DNA of 64,000 bases, from positions 276,403-340,402 of the forward strand of contig JBAZRH010000001.1 in assembly GCA_041663045.1 (NCBI GenBank), read 5' to 3'. Positions 57,275 through 64,000 of this stretch are shown one piece after another. Position 1 is the stretch's first letter; each line of letters opens with the position of its first letter. The position numbers and the translations under genes are program-made. The notes beneath the pieces are model-generated. The model saw only the letters and a program-made list of their open reading frames with translations, did no database searches and was not told the origin of the DNA. This DNA is from Minisyncoccota bacterium. Its GTDB lineage: Bacteria > Patescibacteriota > Minisyncoccia > Phycocordibacterales > GWA1-40-21.

Positions 57275-57706
57275 TTACTTGAGCAGAATCGCTGTGCAGA
57301 CGAAGTGTTCGCCTTCACTGCCATCGATTTCAACCGAATCCGTGAGGGTTTCGACGGCTTTCGTCTGCTTTTTGTCATCATCACTCATCTGGTCGAATAC
57401 TTCCCCAATGTCTGGCTTGAGGAAGAAGCGAGAAGACGATTTGACAAGAAAACGAATTCGTTTGAACTCCTTTAAACCATCGACGAGTTCGTCGGGCTTG
57501 AAGTCGAACGTGTGCGATATACCCCGAGGGTTCTTGCGGATTTTTTCCATCGTATCTTTGTCTGCCGTATAGTAGCCCACAACACTTCCTTTCCCTTTGT
57601 GGGTTTCAGACACGATGAGAATTCTGCTAAGTAACTCGCGAATCTCATCAGATGACGTCCTTTTGTAGTTGCTGTACAGAACTTTCGTATCTATTTTATT
57701 TCCCAT
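57275..57706 (-). CDS. Hypothetical protein (143 aa), higher GC
   Basis: ORF with a downstream terminator. No motif recognised. Confidence 0.5.
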   Translation of the reverse strand: MGNKIDTKVLYSNYKRTSSDEIRELLSRILIVSETHKGKGSVVGYYTADKDTMEKIRKNPRGISHTFDFKPDELVDGLKEFKRIRFLVKSSSRFFLKPDIGEVFDQMSDDDKKQTKAVETLTDSVEIDGSEGEHFVCTAILLK

Positions 57707-58059
57707 GATTATTCTCCTTCTTCTTGATTTTATTACTGGTATTTACCAGTGTGGACTTCCGTTTGAGATGTTAGCATAGTTTAAACTTTTTGTCAAGCAT
57801 TTACTTTCCCATATCTTCGTGTATTATTCTTTCTGTTAATAGCAGTCGTGCAAAGAGATAACCTCGATCATCGGAAAATTCAAGATTACGGAAGATGAAC
57901 GAAACTTTTTGAGCGAACAATTTATTTGTCCGCTAGTGAGCGGATTTTCTTGTCCCGAGTGAAAATCAACGGATTAGAAGAAAAAATAAAATAACCGATT
58001 GAAAATTAAATAGAATTTAAAACAGGTCTCTATTTTTAAATTTTCTTTTCGGGATTATT

Positions 58060-59181
58060 ATGGCAAAAGAAATAAAGAAAGTTGCGATTGCAGATGTAGA
58101 GATTTCTGCCGAAGCAAAAGCAAAGAAAGATAGTTTGATGGGTAAGCTTTTCAATGATGTCAAAAATCCTCCATCGGAAGGAGAAGTCGTGGAAGGTAAA
58201 GTTATCGGAGTTGAAAAGTCTAGAGTTTATGTTGACCTACAACCATTTGGTTCAGGTCTTATTTATGGTAAGGAATTCATCACCGCAAGAGATGTTATCA
58301 AGAAGCTTAATATCGGCGACATCGTCTCCGCAAAAATAGTAGACGTAAATGGAAGAGACGGTTATATAGAGCTTTCTTTGAAAGAAGCTCGCCAGGCCCT
58401 TATCTGGGATGAAGCCGAAAAAGCTATCAAGAGCAAAATCGTATTTGAAATTCCGGTCAAGGAAGCCAACAAAGGCGGACTTATGCTTGAATGGCAAGGT
58501 ATTACAGGATTCTTACCAGCATCACAGCTCAAAGCCGAACACTATCCAAAAATAGTAGACGGGGACAAAGACAAAATTCTTGATGAATTGAAAAAACTCG
58601 TCGGGCAGAAGATTTCTGTCGCGATAATTACTGCCACTCCAAAAGAAGGCAAACTTATTTTCTCCGAGAAAAACATTGAAAAGAAAGAAAAGCAGAAAAT
58701 GGCCGACAAATACAAAGTCGGAGATATTCTGGATGGAGAGATTACCGGCACGGTAGACTTCGGTGTCTTCGTGAAGCTTGAAGATGGTCTAGAAGGACTT
58801 GTGCATATTTCAGAAATCGACTGGGCGCTTGTAGATGATCCAAGAGCAATGTTTAAACAGGGAGATAAAGTCAAAGTAAAAGTTATAGATGTGAAAGACG
58901 GAAAAGTTTCGCTTTCTATCAAAGCTTTGAAGACAAACCCTTGGGTTGAGGCGGAGAAGAAATATAAAAAGGGCGATATGGTGGAAGCTGTTGTCATCAA
59001 ATTCAACAAATATGGCGCACTTGCAAGTATTGAAGAGGGTGTCGCTGGACTTGTGCATATTTCAGATTTCGGTTCAGAAAATAAAATGAAAGAAAAGATT
59101 AGCTTGGGTAAAAACTACACGTTCAAGATAAATCTCTTTGAAGCAAAGGGACAGAAGATGGGGTTGAGTTTTGTTAAATAA
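58060..59181 (+). CDS. rpsA: 30S ribosomal protein S1 (four S1 domains)
   Basis: Repeated S1 OB-fold signatures (GxV.G.V..I...G.FV). Confidence 0.85.
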   Translation: MAKEIKKVAIADVEISAEAKAKKDSLMGKLFNDVKNPPSEGEVVEGKVIGVEKSRVYVDLQPFGSGLIYGKEFITARDVIKKLNIGDIVSAKIVDVNGRDGYIELSLKEARQALIWDEAEKAIKSKIVFEIPVKEANKGGLMLEWQGITGFLPASQLKAEHYPKIVDGDKDKILDELKKLVGQKISVAIITATPKEGKLIFSEKNIEKKEKQKMADKYKVGDILDGEITGTVDFGVFVKLEDGLEGLVHISEIDWALVDDPRAMFKQGDKVKVKVIDVKDGKVSLSIKALKTNPWVEAEKKYKKGDMVEAVVIKFNKYGALASIEEGVAGLVHISDFGSENKMKEKISLGKNYTFKINLFEAKGQKMGLSFVK

Positions 59182-59307
59182 AAGCTCGCTCGGATATCCA
59201 ATTTTGAGACCCGCATTCCGCCATGGGCGGATGATCCCTCTCCCGCCGTCGCGGTCCGTAACTCTCAAAATTAAATATCCTCGCTCGTTTACTTGCAGAC
59301 AAATTCA

Positions 59308-59340
59308 CAGAGGGGGTTCGCTTTGCGAACCCCCTCTTTG
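59308..59340 (+). terminator. Rho-independent terminator after rpsA
   Basis: cagagggggttcg-cttt-gcgaaccccctcttt. Confidence 0.75.
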
Positions 59341-59379
59341 GATTACGGAGGTCGAACCTCCGTAAAACATTTTCTGCAT

Positions 59380-59414
59380 AAAAAAGCGGCGCTGAGCATA
59401 CAGCGCCGCTTACC
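59380..59414 (-). terminator. Terminator for the minus-strand gene at 59430-60143
   Basis: On the minus strand, ggtaagcggcgctgtatgctcagcgccgc is followed by TTTTTTAT. Confidence 0.75.
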
Positions 59415-59429
59415 AAAATCAAGATAGCT

Positions 59430-60143
59430 TCAAGTTTGGATTTCCTTGGCCAAGAAACGCCACGTCTTACAGTGATTCTCTTTCATCCAAAGCTCCGATA
59501 TATTGTCAGAACAATGAATTGTGCGTTTGTTAACACAGAATCCGACTTGACCTATAGGGGTGGTCCCGTCCTGTTCAGTGCTTACTTCCTCTCTCTTGAA
59601 ACTAAGTGCCGCCCTATCCCACTCACCAGTTTCTGGATTAGCAGTAAGTGCTTTGATAGACATTCTATCCACCAATTCTGGGTATCTTCTGATAAATCCC
59701 AATACTTCGACGGGAGTTAGGAATGCTAGATTATTCTCATCGATATATAGGACTACATCCCCGTAAGACATAACCTGATCTTCTGGTGGAAAAATCTTGT
59801 AGACAACCTCTTCGATAACACAGTCGTCACTAGGACTATCCCCCTTAAGTTCCCCTAAGAGCTTATTCTGATTTATGCCAGGATGCACAAAGCCACGTAC
59901 TTTTTTCAATTCTCCGACAAGGAAGTCGGGTGTATCGCAGTGATTTATATCCACTATGTATACACCATCTCCGAATGGATTCGGATCACCTCGTAGGAAA
60001 CGTTTGAAAGCGTTCCCCCAGAAGCGAGCATTTTTGTTACCACTCAACCTTTCGAGAAGGTCAATGATCACACCGAAAAAGTTTTCCGGTAGACCACCAA
60101 GCATCTCAACTATCTTACCGAGCATGTCAGATTTTTTAGACAT
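59430..60143 (-). CDS. Hypothetical protein (237 aa), higher GC
   Basis: Long ORF with its own terminator. No motif recognised. Confidence 0.5.
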   Translation of the reverse strand: MSKKSDMLGKIVEMLGGLPENFFGVIIDLLERLSGNKNARFWGNAFKRFLRGDPNPFGDGVYIVDINHCDTPDFLVGELKKVRGFVHPGINQNKLLGELKGDSPSDDCVIEEVVYKIFPPEDQVMSYGDVVLYIDENNLAFLTPVEVLGFIRRYPELVDRMSIKALTANPETGEWDRAALSFKREEVSTEQDGTTPIGQVGFCVNKRTIHCSDNISELWMKENHCKTWRFLAKEIQT

Positions 60144-60254
60144 GGTCAGCTCCTTTTCTTTTTTACAGAACTTACCGAGTAATCAGCCCTTCTCCGCACA
60201 CGCGAATCAGAGATGATTTCCTTTGTATTTCTATCACTTTGTATACAAAAGTCA

Positions 60255-60297
60255 AATGGGCGGGGTTTGCCTTCGGCAAACCCCGCCCATTTTGTAT
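60255..60297. terminator. Bidirectional terminator
   Basis: aaatgggcggggtttgccttcggcaaaccccgcccatttt. Confidence 0.8.
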
Positions 60298-60301
60298 TTC
60301 A

Positions 60302-60898
60302 CTAGAAACTATTCACAAACCCCGTCGCTATCTCCCTCCCATCTTTCACAAGAATCTCCAAACCTTCGGCGGCTTTTTTCGCGAGCTTTTTAAATGTGAT
60401 CTGTTCGGCTGGTTTAAACTTTCCAAGAATCAAGTCCACTACAGCTTTTTCGCCTTGCGGTTTCTTTATTTTCCCACTTCCAGTTGCTGGTGAAATCCCA
60501 ACTCTCAATCTGATAAACGCTTCGGTCTTTATGGCTTTTACTATTGATACTACTCCCCTATGCCCTCCGGCACTTTTATTAAATGACATTTTTATTTTAC
60601 CAAAAGGAATATCGAGATCGTCGTGTATTACCACAAGTGTCTCTGCAGACTTTTTGCTTTTTATAATAGGTCCGACAGCATTTCCGCTTTTGTTCATAAA
60701 AGTATTCGGCTTTATAAGCATGACGGTATTTTTTCCAACCTTTTCTTTTGCAACGAGAGAATTTAATTTCTTATCCTCTTTCCATTCTTCGACTCCGACA
60801 AGCTTGGCAAAAGCATCGATGACCATAGCCCCTGTATTATGCCTTGTCCATTCATATTCTTGTCCAGGATTCCCAAGACCAACGATTGTGTAATTCAT
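60302..60898 (-). CDS. pth: Peptidyl-tRNA hydrolase
   Basis: VGLGNPGQEY...HNTG signature N-terminus, full length. Confidence 0.9.
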   Translation of the reverse strand: MNYTIVGLGNPGQEYEWTRHNTGAMVIDAFAKLVGVEEWKEDKKLNSLVAKEKVGKNTVMLIKPNTFMNKSGNAVGPIIKSKKSAETLVVIHDDLDIPFGKIKMSFNKSAGGHRGVVSIVKAIKTEAFIRLRVGISPATGSGKIKKPQGEKAVVDLILGKFKPAEQITFKKLAKKAAEGLEILVKDGREIATGFVNSF

Positions 60899-61145
60899 AC
60901 TAATAGTGTAATGCTAAAGACTGAAAAAGTAAAATACTAAAAATTAGTCCGAAAATATAGCTAAAGATAGACTTACTTTGTCGCCCCCAAACTGCTTGAC
61001 AATAAGGACAGATGGGTGTATACTACTAAACAGGAGTATTGGGGTGTAAATGGCTTGTCGCTGTTCATCTTTGATACAAATGATATTTGAAAACGGGTAT
61101 CGCTACCCTTTGGCTAAAAAGCCGTTAGTGAATTTGGAGGAAAAA

Positions 61146-61448
61146 ATGGATAAGATGCTCAAAATGATGTTATTTTTTGTACTTGGGTCCGTCCTGAGTT
61201 TCTGGGGTTTTCATATCGTCTTTGAAGAAAGTATGCACTACGCTTTTTTCGAGACTATAGTCATAGGGATGTTTATACTTGCAAATGACAGTATAACAAA
61301 AAAGGCAACGGTGGATAGAGAGTCTTCGCGTGCATTATACTACTCATTGTGGTTGGTCTTTATAACTACCATGGTTCCATTACGGATAGGGGTCTATTGC
61401 GGTATTATTGACAATGCAAGTGCTTTCGTCTTTAAGATCGTGCCGTGA
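61146..61448 (+). CDS. Small membrane protein
   Basis: GGAGG RBS 6 nt before the ATG at 61146. Three TM helices. A terminator follows. Confidence 0.5.
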   Translation: MDKMLKMMLFFVLGSVLSFWGFHIVFEESMHYAFFETIVIGMFILANDSITKKATVDRESSRALYYSLWLVFITTMVPLRIGVYCGIIDNASAFVFKIVP

Positions 61449-61460
61449 GTAAATCGGTTT

Positions 61461-61498
61461 GTCGCCACCCCGCTTTTATAGGGGGTGGCGATTTTTTT
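61461..61498 (+). terminator. Rho-independent terminator
   Basis: tcgccaccccgcttttatagggggtggcga followed by TTTTTTTAT. Confidence 0.8.
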
Positions 61499-61519
61499 AT
61501 TTCCATTTTCTACTCCCTA

Positions 61520-61757
61520 TTCGTAAGCGAGCGAGACTTGTGATTTTTGAGCATTACATGCTTTAATCTATTTCATGAGCGAGCGAGTATTCCGATTTTG
61601 TTGTGTCCGCAGGCGAGCTTGCATGGTGCGATGTGGTGTAATTTTGCGAGAAGTAATCTTCGAGCAAAAGTATACCACATCGCAAGCCGCCGAGGATTAG
61701 GAAATTTTTCGGCTGGGGAAAATTTCTGCACAACAAAATTGGGATACGAGCGAGCTA
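61520..61757. repeat. Family A repeat copy 2
   Basis: About 95% identical to the 26320-26475 core. Flanked by three CGAGCGAG motifs (61523, 61577, 61746). Confidence 0.8.
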
Positions 61758-61796
61758 TTTGTGTCAAACCCCTTTCCGTATTATAATGCCCTTTAC

Positions 61797-62384
61797 ATGA
61801 AAAAATTCGTCAAAGAAACCCTCGGCGTGGTAATCCTATCCGTAATAATCGTTCTCCCCGTCCGCATATTCATAGCCCAGCCATTTATCGTTTCTGGAGC
61901 ATCTATGGATAATTCTTTTGCCGGCGGTAACTATTTAATAATAGATGAGCTTTCATATAGATTTGAAGCCCCAAAAAGGGGTGATGTTATTGTTTTTAAA
62001 GTGCCAGAAGAAGCCCTCGTACTTTCTCACTATGCATTAGACAAGACTGTATTTTTTATCAAAAGAGTTATCGGCCTTCCGGGTGAGACAATAGAAATAG
62101 ATGGCGATAAAGTTACAATCTTTAATACAGAAAATCCAAAAGGTCTTGTACTTAGTGAGCCTTACGTTTATATAGACAAGCTCTCCCCTTACTACACGGT
62201 TGTAAATAAAAAAATCACCCTTGGTGCAGACGAATATTTTGTTATGGGAGACAATCGCCACAACAGCTCCGATTCAAGATTCTGGGGTACACTGAAAAAG
62301 GAAAATATAAAAGGCCGAGCATTTGTCCGTCTTTTCCCTTTCACACAGATATCACTTTTCCCAGGAGAATATAATCAATATTAA
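61797..62384 (+). CDS. lepB: Signal peptidase I (S26)
   Basis: SGASMDNSF (catalytic Ser), the VKRVIGLPGE motif, and GDNRHNSSDSRFWG. A TATAAT at 61779-61784 lies about 12 nt before the ATG, so the mRNA may be leaderless. The ORF-track start at 61761 is less likely. Confidence 0.85.
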   Translation: MKKFVKETLGVVILSVIIVLPVRIFIAQPFIVSGASMDNSFAGGNYLIIDELSYRFEAPKRGDVIVFKVPEEALVLSHYALDKTVFFIKRVIGLPGETIEIDGDKVTIFNTENPKGLVLSEPYVYIDKLSPYYTVVNKKITLGADEYFVMGDNRHNSSDSRFWGTLKKENIKGRAFVRLFPFTQISLFPGEYNQY

Positions 62385-62385
62385 T

Positions 62386-63582
62386 ATGACAAAACAGAAA
62401 AAAACGAGAAGGGTGGCTGAATCAAAATTTATAAACTTTACACCAATAGACAAAGCTGTTGAAGCTGCGATTTATTATGGCTTTACACCGACAAAACACC
62501 CTAAGGCAAATAAAGAAGATCTTGTAAGGATTTCTGCATTAAAAGAAAGTTGGGCCAAAAGCTGCGCCGAAATGCCTTGGGTTTTCTCTACAGAATTTGC
62601 TGAAGAAAGAGCTGCGTTTTTGAGAGAATATTTTGAACAAAGCATGAATATACTCCCCCAGCCAGTAATGCTCGTCTATGAAAGCGAAACAGGAAAAGAA
62701 AGAGGGAAAAATTCTTTCAATCTTGAAGTTGTAGGTACACCAAAGAGTATTGCCGAAGCCCTTCTTATAAAAACAGCTGTAGCCATACTCGAAGATAATG
62801 GCTATAAGAATCTTTCAATAGAAATCAATAGTATTGGTGACAAAGAATCTTTAAATAAATTTGCAAGAGAGCTTACAAACTACTACAAGAAAAATATAAA
62901 TGAGCTCTCTCCTCATTGCAGGCAAAATTTTAAGAAAGATGCCTTTTATGTTCTCAATTGTGATAAGTGTGAGTGTACAAAGTTAAAAGAAGGGGCACCC
63001 ACTTCTGTGGGATGTCTTTCTGATGAGAGCCGGGTACAATTTAAAGAAGTCTTTGAATATATTGAGACAATGGGAATACCTTTTAAGATAAATAACTGCC
63101 TTGTACCAGATAGAAAGTATTGTTCACAGACTATCTTTGAAATTAAAGATAATGAAAGTGAAGATGCCCTAGCTATCGGCTTTAGATACGACGGGCTTGC
63201 ACAGAAAATCGGTCACAAGAAAGATTTACCTGGAGTTGGATTAAAAGTCTTCCTTAAGAAAAAGTCTACTATTAAAAAAGTCTCAAAACTTAATAAACCC
63301 ACTGCTTTCTATGTGCAACTTGGCGATGATGCAAAACATAAAAGTTTGGAAGTAATAGAGGCTCTTAGAAAAGAAAAAATATTTATTTATCATATGCTTG
63401 GAAGGGATAAATTTGGTAGCCAGTTTGCACTTGTAGAAAAGTCTAAGGTCCCTTATGTGATTATTATGGGCAAAAAAGAATCGCTGGAAAACTCCGTGAT
63501 GATAAGAGAAAATGCCACGAGAACACAAGAGACCATCAAAATAAGTGATTTAGCAAAGTATTTGAAGAAACTTAAGGCCTAA
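62386..63582 (+). CDS. HisRS-like class II aaRS paralog (catalytic-like core plus anticodon-binding domain; degenerate motif 2)
   Basis: HisRS-like insertion region, IGFRYDGLAQKIG (motif-3-like), and a C-terminal class II anticodon-binding domain. Motif 2 arginines are not conserved (YESETGKERGKNSFNLEVVG). Confidence 0.6.
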   Translation: MTKQKKTRRVAESKFINFTPIDKAVEAAIYYGFTPTKHPKANKEDLVRISALKESWAKSCAEMPWVFSTEFAEERAAFLREYFEQSMNILPQPVMLVYESETGKERGKNSFNLEVVGTPKSIAEALLIKTAVAILEDNGYKNLSIEINSIGDKESLNKFARELTNYYKKNINELSPHCRQNFKKDAFYVLNCDKCECTKLKEGAPTSVGCLSDESRVQFKEVFEYIETMGIPFKINNCLVPDRKYCSQTIFEIKDNESEDALAIGFRYDGLAQKIGHKKDLPGVGLKVFLKKKSTIKKVSKLNKPTAFYVQLGDDAKHKSLEVIEALRKEKIFIYHMLGRDKFGSQFALVEKSKVPYVIIMGKKESLENSVMIRENATRTQETIKISDLAKYLKKLKA

Positions 63583-63855
63583 AAGCTCGCTCATATCACT
63601 ATTTTCCTGTGCAGAAATTTTCCCCAGCCGAAAAATTTCCTAACTCCTTACAGGAGCAGTACACCTTTCACATTTTGAGTACAAAACGTTCAAGGTCTTT
63701 TATTTGGGTCCCTTACCCAAATCTCAACTCGGCGGCTTGCGCTGTGGTATACTTTTGCTCGTGAATACACTTCGCAAAATTACACCACATCGCACCGCAC
63801 AAGCTCGCCTGCGGACACAGGAAAATAGTAATATTCGCTCGCTTATCGCTTGCAT
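63583..63855. repeat. Family A repeat copy 4 (inverted) interrupted by a roughly 90 bp insertion
   Basis: The arms match 53150-53312. The insertion (about 63645-63735) contains tttgggtcccttacccaaat, shared with the pseudo-tRNA region at 10798-10820. Confidence 0.75.
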
Positions 63856-63887
63856 TCTTCTATGTAAAGTGTTATCATCTCCCCCTG

Positions 63888-64000
63888 TATGGCAACAAAC
63901 ATCGAAGTAGAAAAAAATAGTAGTGAAAGCAATGCAAGTCTTCTCAGAAGATTTACTAAAAAAGTGCAAGGTTCTGGAGTATTACCAAGAGTAAGATCTA
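63888..64000 (+). CDS. rpsU: 30S ribosomal protein S21, N-terminal part (continues past the window)
   Basis: MATNIEVEKNSSESNASLLRRFTKKVQGSGVLPRVRS matches the S21 LRRFKR..GVL..VR signature. No stop codon within the window. Confidence 0.55.

Noticed and set aside
1-64000. CRISPR array search
   Set aside because: No regularly spaced short direct repeats were found. The repeats present are long palindromes at irregular intervals (families A, B and C).

Overview
This 64 kb window is low-GC (roughly 35-40% by eye) and densely packed with short housekeeping genes. Gene content and architecture look like a reduced-genome CPR/Patescibacteria-type bacterium; that assignment is an inference from the gene set. 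Recognisable coding genes include a partial dcw cluster (mraZ-rsmH-ftsL-ftsI-murF), a mreB-mreC-mreD-mrdA block plus a second MreB paralog, and five aminoacyl-tRNA synthetases (hisS C-terminus, leuS, lysS, proS, serS). Other housekeeping genes are gyrA, topA, a short rel, parB, priA-like, dprA, rmuC, frr, greA, pth, lepB, rseP, murJ, mltG, miaA, rpsA, rpmG and an rpsU start. RNA genes not in the ORF track are tRNA-Glu(CTC), tRNA-Leu(CAA), tRNA-Trp(CCA), a degenerate tRNA-Glu-like pseudogene and RNase P RNA (rnpB, minus strand, overlapped by spurious ORFs). No CRISPR array was seen. Findings most worth a second look: (1) three modular families of 110-240 bp palindromic intergenic repeats carrying CGAGCGAG terminal motifs, usually placed directly after stop codons; (2) a tandem array of five paralogous secreted double-TM mini-proteins with VirB2/TrbC-pilin topology, next to an orphan solute-binding protein and a SAM methyltransferase, with no T4SS machinery in the window; (3) a complete Nudix domain inserted into LeuRS; (4) an XRE-HTH-MurA fusion behind a perfect 20-bp palindrome in a leaderless promoter; (5) a PriA homolog with degenerate Walker A and DEEH motifs; (6) a second HisRS-like paralog; (7) two self-contained mini-ORF operons; (8) a higher-GC SPFH two-gene islet beside rnpB; (9) several candidate structured ncRNAs.
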